In this document: positions 34,553-47,500 of the stretch, one piece after another
Position numbering within the stretch: position 1 is the first letter of the stretch
Layout of the letters: the number at the start of each line of letters is the position of its first letter
Assembly: GCA_964016885.1 (NCBI GenBank)
Contig: OZ024754.1
Coordinates: forward strand, 34,782,001-34,846,000
Origin: Eledone cirrhosa
Lineage: Eukaryota
DNA: 64,000 nt
Direction of reading: 5' to 3'
Notes under the pieces: model-generated
Databases searched by the model: none
Seen by the model: only the letters and a program-made list of their open reading frames with translations
What the model was told of the DNA's origin: nothing
Made by a program: the position numbers and the translations under genes

Positions 34553-37500
34553 GTATGTAAACAAAGCAACAATAACATCAGAGAAACTCTGAGTACCTAG
34601 GAAGGTATATGCCAGTTTGCCATGTATTTCATATAATTATATATATATATAATGTATGTGAGTCCTGGGTACAGTTGGGGTAAACACAGTAAGTAAGGCA
34701 CTCAGTACATTAGTAGAGTATATACAACAAATTTAATATAGAAATGGCTTCTACAAGTCTAAAATTGTTTCATTCAAAGGAAATCATTAGGTAGTCGCTA
34801 TTCTTTCCATGCACTCTACTGATTCAACTTTTCCCATCCTATGTCTGTGAGGGTAAATATACCTCTGTCATTCTCAATACATCTTGATTTAAAAACCTCA
34901 AACTTCTGATCCCTTCAGCATATAACATTGGCAAATCTCCTGCTTTCACCTTCTCCTTAACCCTTTAGTATTTCCATGCTAGCCTGGAAGAGGGACGTTA
35001 AACGATGATGATGATTACTCTATTTATACTGTTATATTTTCACAGTAAAGACTTTGCCTCACATAATATCGAATCTATGAGAGTTTGATATTATTTATTT
35101 TGAGAACAATACCTTAACATCAGTATGAGTGGCCAGTTACAACTGGTTTGAAGAGAAAGAGGTGAGAGAATTCTGGCTGAATATAGCCAGTTTAAAGGCT
35201 AAAGGGTTAAGCTATATAAACCTGATTCCTAGCCTCTCTTTTAGTTACTTGTTAGTATATTTCACTGCCTGTTTTCTTCTAGTCTTTCTAAGCCTGTCTT
35301 TTAGTTTTAATAACTATTTACAATATTCTACCAACATATCACCTTTTGTTTACCTGATTTCCTGCTCCAACCATAAATCTCATCTGTGGGTCATAGCAGA
35401 TAGTCCTATAGAAATTCTGTTATAGGTCTTTGTCTCTTCATTTTCATCATATGCATCATCTAGAACAGGGGTGTGCAACATATTCCATTGTTGAACATTG
35501 AAACAACTATTAGGGCCATTAATATTTATGGCCATTAATATTTATGGCTTAGTGGTTAGAGCATTGGCCTTGCAATCGAAAGGTTGTGAGTTCAATTCTC
35601 AGACCGGGTGATGTGTTGTTTCCTTGAGCAAGACACTTTATTTCACATTGCTCCAGTTTACTCAGCTGTAGAAATGAGATGATAGGGACCCTAGTCCCTA
35701 CCAGTCCACTGCAGAGTGGTCGTGGAGGTGCCATGGCAAAAAATCATCCAGCACTCACTGTAAAGTGGACGTGTAGGTGCCATGGAAAAAAATCGCCCAG
35801 CACTCAGTGTAAATGAGGTTGGTGTTAGGAAGGGCATACAACTGTAGAAATCAAGCCAGAATCAGTTCCCATCCCACCCTTGCAAGCAGGGAAAAGAGGA
35901 CGTAAAATAATGATGATGATGATGATGATGATAATATTCCAAAGATTCACCACAACTTCTTTCCATAACATGGAACTGGGAAATTACAACACACAAAACC
36001 CTATCACTGAAGCCCTTTAGTATAGGTCAACTAACAGAAAATTGTATTACGGTTATGAAAAAAATTTCTAAATAAGCCTACAAGGTAAAAATTAAAAACA
36101 GTCATCGCAGGCCACTGTGACTGGTCTGAATCCATGTTTAGTAGAGGATTCCTTCAATTTCCACACCCTCCTTCTCCAGCTTGTCTTATGTCTCTGTTTC
36201 TGCCTATTTCTTAATACTTTCTAATTTCTAGCCTGTTGTGTTGGGTGGTATTTAGTTTTCACAACCATCTATCAATCTTGTTTCCTAGTAAGTATGAAGT
36301 CAATCTGGCTTGTATGTTCACTTGATTGGTAGTTAATCAAGTGACAATTTATTTTCCTGAAGTTAGCGTTGCAGATAGACCATTTGCATTACAAAATTCC
36401 AGGCCTTTGATCCCTTTTCATGTCTTGTGCCATATCAATAGCCAATCTATATCCCAGATTATCTTTCATGGTGCTGCACAACCTGTTTGTTTAGGTCACT
36501 GACCAAGATAATGAAGCTATTGTCATTTGTTAAGGATAGTCTGCAAGTAGACTTCATAGAAACAGTCCTTCTATGTTCCAGACAGTCTCCATTGTTCCGT
36601 GTAAGCAAAGAGGTAACAGTCGCTATAGTGCTGCCTATGACTATTCTAAGCTTAATTATTGTCACTTACCTTGACGCCACAGTTACTTTTTCTATCCATT
36701 TCTCTACTAAATAGTTTGCCATTGTTTCCCAGCCAGAAAAACTTATACTTGTGTGTCATAAGAGGTGACTAAAATGGTTAGCACCAAGAGAGGCATTCTG
36801 ACAGAAAACATTACCTCAAAAAGGACCCTGTGATAAGTAAGACGTTTGTCATGTGACTTACAAAGCTAACCCCTGTTTTAGCAAGGAAAATGACCTTAAG
36901 ATGCTTGTTGTTGTTGTTTGTCTGGTTGAGGTTCCCTTCCAGCTTTTGGACACAGCAAAACAAACATCTTAACCACACATCTATCTCTGCGGCAGTGTTG
37001 GTTGAAGAACTAACTATTAACAGTATTCTTTAGTAACTCTGTGTTGTGTCTGAAGCCCCCACCCTTAACTTTCACTTAACCACTCAACTTAACTTTAAAT
37101 AACTATCATGTAGTGCTACATGTTACTTTCATATAATTGACAATTATTCTTTGAATTGAGATATATAGTTTAACCCGTTTCATACGAAACCACCTGAAAT
37201 TGCCCTTGGCTTTTTTGAGACAAAATTATTTGTTTTAATCATCATTATCACATCTGTTTTTCCATGCTTGCATGGGTTGGACAGGTCCTTTTCAGTACAG
37301 CTTCTCTCCACATGCTGTGTTCCTTCGCCATCTCCTCTGTGAGTCTTAGCGACTTGAGATTTGCTCTCACCACCTCTGCACAGGTCTTCCTTGGTCTATC
37401 TCTAACATGGCTTCCTTCCAATCTAAAAGCCTTCTGTCATACTTTTATATAAGAAACTTTAAGTTATGTTCCAAACACCAGTTTAGTTATGTAGTAAATC

Positions 37501-39987
37501 CATTCAAATGGTTGATGATTTGAAAAATCATTTGAGAATCATAAGCATTGATTGTCTTTTATTGTAACATTGATTGTCTTTTATTGTAACATTGATTGTC
37601 TTTTATTGTAACATTGATTGTCTTTTATTGTAACATTGATTGTCTTTTATTGTAACATTGATTGTCTTTTATTGTAACATTGATTGTCTTTTATTGTAAC
37701 ATTGATTGTCTTTTATTGTAACATTGATTGTCTTTTATTGTAACATTGATTGTCTTTTATTGTAACATTGATTGTCTTTTATTGTAACATTGATTGTCTT
37801 TTATTGTAACATTGATTGTCTTTTATTGTAACATTGATTGTCTTTTATTGTAACATTGATTGTCTTTTATTGTAACATTGATTGTCTTTTATTGTAACAT
37901 TGATTGTCTTTTATTGTAACATTGATTGTCTTTTATTGTAACATTGATTGTCTTTTATTGTAACAAAAGGATTAAATCCTCTTATGAAGGGAGCTTGGGG
38001 AGAGATGGGTCCTGTATTTACGCTAGACACACTCATCATCATTGTTTAACATCCACTTTCCATGCTAGCATGGATTACCACCACCATCATCATCATCATC
38101 ATTTAATATCCATCTTCCATGCTAGCATCGGTTGGACGGTTTTGTCCCACTTGAGGCAAGATGGTCGGGAGACCGTGTCTCACTCATACGGAATTGTTTC
38201 TGGCAGGTTTCCTAGGCTGGATGCCCTTCCTAACACCAACCCCATTTACAGTGTGGACTGGGAGCCTTTTTACTGTGTCTCCTACACGACCACTTTACAA
38301 TGTGGACTGGGTGCTTTTTGTCATGTCACCTCCACAATCACTTTACAGTATGGACAGTGCTTTTTGTTGTGTCACCTACACGACCACTTTACAGTGGGCA
38401 GAAGTGGGAGGATGGAGTAGGAGGTGTGGGGTGGGTGAATATTGGTTTAAGAGGTGCCTACTGATTAGGTTTAAGTTTGAATGCAAGGGAAGGCAGGTCT
38501 TCTCTATAACTGTATTGGAGAAGAAATCTTCAAGTGGTGACTCATGATCCAATGGATTATCAGATCCAACCACAAATGGACTTACCTCCAGTCATGTTAC
38601 TACTTAAGTCTTTTTTTCAGAGATGCAATCTATTTAATTGATTGGAAAACATCACAGAAACCAAAACCACTTCTAAAGAACACCTTTGACAACCCAATCC
38701 AGCTGGCTGCTTATATGGGGGCCTATAATAATTGTAATCTTCTCAAAGATCAGGTAAAAAAAAAGTATCTTTATTGTTTTCTATGATATATTACTGTTTC
38801 ATCATGCTGTTCTTTCTATATTTACTATATATTACAATATTTACTATATTTACTACAATATTTACTATATATTACAATATTTACCACAATATTTACTATA
38901 TATTACAATATTTACTATATATTGTTACAATATTTACTATATATTATTATAATATTTACTATATATTACCACAATATTTTCTATATATTGTTACAATATT
39001 TAATATATATTATTACAATATTTAATGTATAAAGTCGTAGTACTGGTGCCATGATAAAAGGCACCAAATCTACCCAGTAAGTCGGTAGTGCTGGTGCAAT
39101 GACAACATGTTGGTTTCATGATAAAATGCCCCTAGCCCACTTTATAAAGTAGTAGTGCTGGTGCTATGACAAAACTATCTCTATAAAGTGTTAGTTCTGC
39201 TGCCACAACAAAAAGCACCCAATCTGCATTGTAAGGTGGTAATGCTGGTGCCACAATAAAAAAGCACACTGTCCACTTTGTCAGGTGGTAGTGCTGTTGA
39301 CATAACAAAAAGCATCCACTCCATCCTGTAAAGTGCATGTTAGAGCCTTAATAAAATGCTCCTAATACACACTTTTAAGTGGTGGCATTAAGAAAGGTAT
39401 TCAGCCATAGAAACTATTTAAAAAATGGAGCATGCAAGCAAGATATGGTCACCTGACTCATCTAATTTCAGTATGTGACAGCCTGTTTAACCCATGCAAG
39501 CAGGGAAAATAGACATTAAATGGTAATAATAAGGATGATGATGGTGACACCAGGTTAGTATTACTCATAGGTTGACTATAAAGGAATGATGCTAGAGCTG
39601 TGAAATCTTACATACATTAATTTCAGTTTTTCTTATTAATAAATACATTGTTTCTTTTCAGGGACTATGTTGATAAATAAATTTCATTTGGTCATTCCAT
39701 GAGAGTATCTTGGTCAGCCTATGAATTTTTCAGCTGACACTTGTAGTTTTTTATCTTTACACTGAACTGATTGTATTACTTTAAAATATTTCAATAGTTT
39801 GTTTGTTTATTTTCAGGTGAAGAAAGCTATAATCATTATCGTTTATCCAAATGGGTCCCCAGCAGATTTACATATAATGAATGAGAAATCATGCCAACAT
39901 TACTGGAAAAAATGGCAGGCTCGACTATGTCAGTACTGGATTTCCATTGGAGACACTAAACAAATGATTGTTTTGCCAGAACAATAA
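30991..39987 (+). CDS. MGME1: Mitochondrial genome maintenance exonuclease 1; coding exons 30991-31687, 32760-32973, 38621-38753, 39817-39987 (~404 aa)
   Basis: In-frame GT-AG joins. LPSVTAILQQT..LQRWREKMIKKLG, GTNFHH, E..V.H..L.YTGVLDC, LIDWKTSQKPKP..NTFDNPIQLAAYMGA (PD-(D/E)xK RecB-like nuclease), C-terminal WQARLCQY. AATAAA overlaps the stop codon. Confidence 0.93.
31745..32160 (-). mobile_element. RTE-type LINE 3' fragment
   Basis: HVVRM...ILWAKPTGRRPRDRPQTRWLGNI. Confidence 0.7.
33218..33540 (-). mobile_element. tRNA SINE family B with alternative tail (also ~25965-26225)
   Basis: Head shared with the 35545 copy; tail GGGGAGGCTGGTATGC...CTAGGTGCAAATA ends in (TA)n. Confidence 0.7.
33716..34445 (-). 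mobile_element. 5'-truncated RTE LINE: ORF C-terminus, 3' UTR and (GAT)n tail
   Basis: MLRWMC...RRLRWYGHVMR...GRPRKTW...DRDHWR, contiguous with the widespread (CAT)n-ended element. Confidence 0.85.
35545..35933 (+). mobile_element. tRNA SINE family B with RTE-derived tail
   Basis: TGGCTTAGTGGTTAGAGC...GAGTTCAATTCTC head; tail AGGAAGGGCAT...GCAAGCAGGGAAAA..GACGTAAAA(TGA)n. Confidence 0.8.
37546..37965. repeat. 22-bp perfect minisatellite, ~19 copies
   Basis: ACATTGATTGTCTTTTATTGTA repeated in tandem. Confidence 0.97.
38030..38530 (-). mobile_element. RTE 3' end copy with internal ~47-bp units
   Basis: Similar to 33716-34140. Confidence 0.7.
39030..39545 (+). mobile_element. RTE 3'-UTR element with degenerate 48-bp-like units
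   Basis: GTAAAGT.GTAGTGCTGGTGCCACAATAAAA units followed by GGCATTAAGAAAGGTATTCAGCCATAGAAAC...CATGCAAGCAGGGAAAATAGACATTAAATG. Confidence 0.7.
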
Positions 39988-40134
39988 AGTTTCAAATTGT
40001 AAATACAATATCATACTATGCATTTGTGTGCTGTTTTGTTTTTATATTGTTATACAGGGTGGGGCATAAAGATTTCCCACATTTTAAAAGGATGTAATAA
40101 AAGACGCAACTATCTAGAAAAAAACAACTGATTA

Positions 40135-40477
40135 TCATTCATTTCATTTCATTTCATTTTACGTCCGCTTTTCCCTGCTTGCAAGGGTGGGACGGGAACT
40201 GATTCTGGCTTGATTTCTACAGCTGGATGCCCTGCCTAACACCAACCTCATTTACAGTGAGTGCTGGGTGCTTTTTGGCTGTGGCACCTCCACGACCACT
40301 TTGCAGTGGAATGATAGGAACCCCAGTCCCTATCATCTCATTTCTACAGCTGAGTAAACTGGAGCAATGTGAAATAAAGTGTCTTGCTCAAGGAAACAAC
40401 ACATCACCCGGTCTGAGAATTGAACTCACCACCTTTCGATTGCAAGGCCAATGCTGTAACCACTAAGCCATGTGCCT
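40135..40477 (-). mobile_element. tRNA SINE family B with RTE tail, near-identical inverted partner of 35545-35933
   Basis: Reverse complement matches the 35545 copy; tail is (ATGAA)n. Confidence 0.8.
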
Positions 40478-40489
40478 GATTATCTATAT

Positions 40490-41000
40490 ATAAATTTCTG
40501 CTATCCAGGAAAGTCAGCTCCGATGTTAGCAGACAGAGTATCAAGAAAGTGGTTGGAAGTTGCGACAGATGCCAGTCTATTGACCCTGCCCCAGGGACGG
40601 GTAACATCCCGGTAGAGCACAACTGGAAGCAATTGGCTGTAGATATAACATACGAGGAACAGGGGACATATTTTTCGATGACGGCTTGGGAGGGAGATGA
40701 ATACGAGGACTGTCGAGGAAATCGTACAGATGCTGAGAGAGATATTCCTGCAGAAGGGTCCTGTGGATGGATAACTGCTCAGTATTTTGCTCGGAGGTGC
40801 TGAAGATGCTTAACGAATGGAATGTGAGCTGTTTCTTTTGAGCGGCGTACAACATGTGCAGGAGAGAAAAAATGCATTTGTATCAGTGAGCGAAGAGGTC
40901 TGGGTCAAGCCCCCGAATATGCGCTGCACATCTGGAATGGATGGAATGTTGCGTCATGTCTTGGATGTCCGTAGAATTGTTTGGCCTATTGTGGACATGA
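40490..41000 (+). mobile_element. LTR-retrotransposon (Gypsy-like) integrase remnant, internally deleted
   Basis: KVVGSCDRCQSIDPAP...WKQLAVDITY, and in other frames GPVD..DNCSVFCSE..LNEWNV. Confidence 0.6.
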
Positions 41001-41635
41001 GCGAGAGAGGTTCTGTAATTCTCAAACAGACGTAAGTTACATGAACGTCGATGCAGTGCACATTTGGTCTGGATTCATGTAGGTTTGTTGGCTTCCCACC
41101 ACAGTATTTTAAACATGCATTCTAATATATATATATATATATATATGCTTCAAGCAATCTACCTCACCCTATCGTATATAGAATCTTTGTTAAGTTATGT
41201 TCCAAACACCATATTTAAGGTGATTGAAGCAGTTTAAGGACGTATACTTCTCGTAGGATCCTCTACGGCCAGCTAAGCCCTGGTCAATGTCAATGTTTGC
41301 AGGTTTACATCTTATTTCCAGAAACTGATCTGTTTGTAACATACGTTACCATCTTGAAATAAGTATATTTACTTCCATATTAATTATTTTGTATATATGT
41401 ACAAAATACTAATAGTTTTTAAATCAATTTATATATAGAAACGGAATATATTTTGGGGCGTGTTATCTCGCTTTCTTTCCGTTTCTATATATTAAAAAAA
41501 AAATAAAAATAAAATTTTACCTATAAGTATGACTAATTTACTCAGTAGAATTGCGGCTTCGCGTGGCGATGCGCGTAGCGGTTCGGACTTCGTCGCCTAC
41601 CTATGTATGTGTCTGAAGTTCGCATCATTGGGACT

Positions 41636-42330
41636 ATTTGCAGGCTGGCTATATGCTGGCCTGCATATTGGACCGCGCGAGGAATCCATCTTACCTCACT
41701 TTTGCTCTAAATTTGATTAGAGTTATCTCCATTTATTTAGAGCTACTTCCCCTTTATGGAATTCTTTTTTTTAAAATTAAACCAGTGAAAAAATCATTTT
41801 GGATATTGTTTTCATGTAAAGAGGGTATATAATTGTTTCTACGTTAGGCACAAGGGCCAGCAATTACCCAGTGTATTACTGGTACTTTATTTTATCGACC
41901 CCGTAAGGATGAAAGGCAAAGTTAACCTCGGCGGGATTTGAACTCAGACTGTAAAGGGACGTATAATGTTTTGTACTAAGACTATGTAAGAAACTAAAGC
42001 TTCTCTCTATACGCATACACACTTTATGTCAATAACTCTCACATTTTGGATATTGTGTTCATGTGGCTTTCTATTGCAGGCTGGCTATATGCTGGCCTGC
42101 GTCCTGTACCGCGCACGGAATCCGACTTACCCCCCTTTTGCTCTAAATTTGATTACAGTTATCCCCCTTTATTTAGAGTTACCTCCCCCTTATGGAATTC
42201 TTTTTTTTTTTTTAATTGAACCGAGGAAAAAAATCATTTGGATATTGTTTTCATGTAAAGAGGTATGTAATGTTTTTGTTGTCGTGTGTACTAAGACTAT
42301 ATTAGAAACTAAACATTCTCTCTATACACA
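41636..42330. repeat. Diverged direct duplication of a ~190-bp unit (41636-41830 and 42075-42268) with a SINE between
   Basis: TTGCAGGCTGGCTATATGCTGGCCTGC...TTTGCTCTAAATTTGATTA...GGATATTGTTTTCATGTAAAGAGG occurs twice. Confidence 0.85.
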
Positions 42331-42969
42331 TGCATTTTATTAGATGCACAATTTATACCAATGACTTACATTTCGGATATTGTGTTCATGGGGCTTTCTG
42401 GCACTTCACCAAATCGACACATGCTTTCTTTTAAACTAAAAAAAAACCAAAAACTAGACATACAAATAGTGTTATCTCTTCTAAAAATCGTTCTAAGAAA
42501 CTAAACTTTATATTTAATTAAACCAGTGACATATTTCGATTTAAACCGCTTCTTGGCTTTTACTAATTTTACGGAGGTAAAGGAAAGCTTTTATTTTATG
42601 TTGATTAGCTTTATTGAAATATTTTCTGTCTATTTCCTTCCATAATGTCAGCAATAATTATTTAGTTTAGCTACTGCCAAATATTTCTAATTCCCTTCAT
42701 ATACTCGTGTTTCGTCGTAATTCGGAGAGCATGCTCTTAGTCAACATATTCCTGTCACACTATGTGTCGTTGGGGTGTCACCTTGAATCTGCCACTGCTG
42801 CAGTTTGTTGTTACCATTGTTTTCTTATTCTCCATCATGTGTATAGATTCTTCGTTCTGATAAAGTTTCTTTTCCATGAGACACTCGGCTTTACCATGTC
42901 AGAATCTCCTAGCTACTTCAAAGTGTCCAACACGTCTTCCATATGATGTTGGTTGCTTTAACTTATGTA

Positions 42970-44256
42970 ACATTTCACCTACATTTTTAGTTTCTTTCTT
43001 TAGGAACTTTATCTACACTATTGATTTCTTTCTATATACTCTTCATCCACATTCTTGGTTTCTTTCTATATACACTTCATCCACATTCTTCGTTTCTTTC
43101 TATATACATTTCATCTACAATCTTAGTTTCTTTCTTTATATACTTCATCTCCAATCTTAGTTTCTTTCTTTATACACTTCATCTACATTCTTAGTTTCTT
43201 TCTTTATACACTTCATCTACATTCTTTAGTTTCTTTCTTTATACACTTCATCTCCAATCTTAGTTTCTTTCTTTATACACTTCATCTACATTCTTTAGTT
43301 TCTTTCTGTATACACTTCATCTCCAATCTTAGTTTCTTTCTTTATACAGTTCATCTACATTCTTTAGTTTCTTTCTTTATACAGTTCATCTACATTCTTT
43401 AGTTTCTTTCTTTATACACTTCATCTACATTCTTTAGTTTCTTTCTTTATACACTTCATCTACATTCTTTAGTTTCTTTCTGTATACACTTCATCTACAT
43501 TCTTAGTTTCTTTCTTTATACACTTCATCTACATTCTTTAGTTTCTTTCTATATACACTTCATCAACATTCTTTAGTTTCTTTCTTTATACACTTCATCT
43601 CCAATCTTAGTTTCTTTCTTTATACACTTCATCTCCAATCTTAGTTTCTTTCTTTATACACTTCATTTACATTCTTCGTTTCTTTCTTTATACACTTCAT
43701 CTGCATTCTTAGTTTCTTTCTTTATACACTTCATCTACATTCTTTAGTTTCTCTCTTTATACACTTCATCTACATTCTTCGTTTCTTTCTTTATACACTT
43801 CATCTACATTCTTTAGTTTCTTTCTATATACACTTCATCTACATTCTTCGTTTCTTTCTATATATACTTCATCTACAATCTTAGTTTCTTTCTTTATACA
43901 CTTCATCTACATTCTTTAGTTTCTTCCTGTATACACTTCATCTACATTCTTCGTTTCTTTCTATATACACTTCATCTGCATTCTTTAGTTTCTTTCTATA
44001 TACACTTCATCAACATTCTTTAGTTTCTTTCTATATTCTTTAGTTTCTTTCTATATTCTTTAGTTTCTTTCTGTATACACTTCATCTACATTCTTCATTT
44101 CTTTCTATATATACTTCATCTACAATCTTAGTTTCTTTCTTTATATACTTAATCAACATTGTTAGTTTCTTTCTTTATACACTTCATCAATATTCTTAGT
44201 TTATACACTTTCTATAGTCACTCCATCTACATTCTTTGTTCCTTGTTTTGACACTT
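42970..44256 (-). repeat. 34/35-bp satellite, inverted left arm
   Basis: TATACACTTCATCTACATTCTTTAGTTTCTTTCT(A/T) repeated in tandem; the reverse complement of the right-hand array. Confidence 0.95.
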
Positions 44257-44587
44257 ACTTTCTTTTTAGATATCAATTTCGTAATCAAAGGTTAATTCTA
44301 CAATCTTTAGTTACCTCCCTTTATAAAACCATCCCATCCCATCTTTTAAATGTATATATAACAAAAAGTCAAAATTTTATAAGTCTTTTTATTGACAACA
44401 TATGTAAATGACTTTAATTTCCTTTTACAGATCTCCAGACTTCCAGGTAATATGCTGCAACAAGTGGGAATGGCGAAGTTTTTGTTAATAAAGAAAGTTT
44501 ACATATTATATACGAATTGTGTTAAGTTTATTTTAACAAAAAAGATGAGCTCTAAGCCAAATCATCTCTATAAGACGTACTAAAAAT

Positions 44588-47500
44588 AAAGTGTCAAAAG
44601 AAGAAATTAAGAATGTAGATGAAGTGTATATAGAAAGAAATTAAGAATGTAGATGAAGTGTATATAGAAAGAGACTAAAGAATGTTGATGAAGTGTATAT
44701 AGAAAGAAACTAAGAATGTAGATGAAGTGTATATAGAAAAAAAACTAAAGAATGTTGATGAAGTGTATATAGAAAGAAACTAAAGAATGTAGATGAAGTG
44801 TATATAGAAAGAAACTAAAGAACGTTGAAGTGTATATAGAAAGAAACTAAAGAATGTTAATGAAGTATATACAGAAAGAAACTAAAGAATGTAGTCTTTT
44901 GCTGGCCTTGTGCCATATATATATAAGTCTATATAGAAAGAAACTAAATAATGTTGATGAAGTGTATACAGAAAGAAACTACAGAATATTGATAAAGTGT
45001 ATATAGAAAGAAACTAAAGAATGTAGATGAAGTGTATACAGAAAGAAACTAAACAATGTTGATGAAGTGTATACAGAAAGAAACTAAAGAATGTAGATGA
45101 AGTGTATATAGAAAGAAACTAAAGAATGTTGATGAAGTGTATATAGAAAGAAACTAAAGAATGTTGATGAAGTGTATACAGAAAGAAACTAAAGAATGTA
45201 GATGAAGTGTATATAGAAAGAAACTAAAGAATGTAGATGAAGTGTATACAGAAAGAAACTAAAGAATGTAGATGAAGTGTATATAGAAAGAAACTAAAGA
45301 ATGTTGATGAAGTGTATATAGAAAGAAACTAAAGAATGTAGATGAAGTGTATACAGAAAGAAACTAAAGAATGTAGATGAAGTGTATATAGAAAGAAACT
45401 AAAGAATGTTGATGAAGTGTATACAGAAAGAAACTAAAGAATGTAGATGAAGTGTATATAGAAAGAAACTAAAGAATGTAGATGAAGTGTATATAGAAAG
45501 AAACTAAAGAATGTAGATGAAGTGTATATAGAAAGAAACTAAAGAATGTAGATGAAGTGTATACAGAAAGAAACTAAAGAAGGTTGATGAAGTGTATACA
45601 GAAAGAAACTAAAGAATGTAGATGAAGTGTATATAGAAAGAAACTAAAGAATGTAGATGAAGTGTATACAGAAAGAAACTAAAGAATGTTGATGAAGTGT
45701 ATACAGAAAGAAACTAAAGAATGTAGATGAAGTGTATGTAGAAAGAAACTAAAGAATGTAGATGAAGTGTATATAGAAAGAAACTAAAGAATGTAGATGT
45801 AGTGTATATAGAAAGAAACTAAAGAATGTAGATGAAGTGTATACAGAAAGAAACTAAAGAATGATGATGAAGTGTATATAGAAAGAAACTAAAGAATGTT
45901 GATGAAGTGTATACAGAAAGAAACTAAAGAATGTAGATGAAGTGTATATAGAAAGAAACTAAAGAATGTAGATGAAGTGTATATAGAAAGAAACTAAAAA
46001 ATGTAGATGAAGTGTATACAGAAAGAAACTAAAGAATGTTGATGAAGTGTATATAGAAAGAAACTAAAGAATGTAGATGAAGTGTATACAGAAAGAAACT
46101 AAAGAATGTTGATGAAGTGTATATAGAATGAAACTAAAGAATGTAGATGAAGTGTATACAGAAAGAAACTAAAGAATGTAGATGAAGTGTATATAGAAAG
46201 AAACTAAAGAATGTTGATGAAGTGTATACAGAAAGAAACTAAAGAATGTAGATGAAGTGTATATAGAAAGAAACTAAAGAATGTAGATGAAGTGTATATA
46301 GAAAGAAACTAAAGAATGTAGATGAAGTCTATACAGAAAGAAACTAAAGAATGTTGATGAAGTGTATATAGAATGAAACTAAAGAATGTAAATGAAGTGT
46401 ATACAGAAAGAAACTAAAGAATGTTGATGAAGTGTATATAGAAAGAAACTAAAGAATATAGATGAAGTGTATATAGAAAGAAACTAAAGAATGTTGATGA
46501 AGTGTATATAGAAAGAAACTAAAGAATGTAGATGAAGTGTATATAGAAAGAAACTAAAGAATGTAGCTGAAGTGTATATAGAAAGAAACTAAAGAATGTT
46601 GATGAAGTGTATATAGAAAGAAACTAAAGAATGTAGATGAAGTGTATACAGAAAGAAACTAAAGAATGTAGATGAAGTGTATATAGAAAGAAACTAAAGA
46701 ATGTTGATGAAGTGTATACAGAAAGAAACTAAAGAATGTAGATGAAGTGTATATAGAAAGAAACTAAAGAATGTAGATGAAGTGTATATAGAAAGAAACT
46801 AAAGAATGTAGATGAAGTGTATATAGAAAGAAACTAAAGAATGTAGATGAAGTGTATACAGAAAGAAACTAAAGAATGTTGATGAAGTGTATACAGAAAG
46901 AAACTAAAGAATGTAGATGAAGTGTATATAGAAAGAAACTAAAGAATGTAGATGAAGTGTATATAGAAAGAAATTAAGAATGTAGATGAAGTGTATATAG
47001 AAAGAGACTAAAGAATGTTGATGAAGTGTATATAGAAAGAAACTAAGAATGTAGATGAAGTGTATATAGAAAAAAAACTAAAGAATGTTGATGAAGTGTA
47101 TATAGAAAGAAACTAAAGAATGTAGATGAAGTGTATATAGAAAGAAACTAAAGAACGTTGAAGTGTATATAGAAAGAAACTAAAGAATGTTAATGAAGTA
47201 TATACAGAAAGAAACTAAAGAATGTAGTCTTTTGCTGGCCTTGTGCCATATATATATAAGTCTATATAGAAAGAAACTAAATAATGTTGATGAAGTGTAT
47301 ACAGAAAGAAACTACAGAATATTGATAAAGTGTATATAGAAAGAAACTAAAGAATGTAGATGAAGTGTATACAGAAAGAAACTAAACAATGTTGATGAAG
47401 TGTATACAGAAAGAAACTAAAGAATGTAGATGAAGTGTATATAGAAAGAAACTAAAGAATGTTGATGAAGTGTATATAGAAAGAAACTAAAGAATGTTGA

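Noticed and set aside
35545-35610. tRNA gene
   Set aside because: SINE head: it continues into a repeated core and tail, with no proper acceptor stem.
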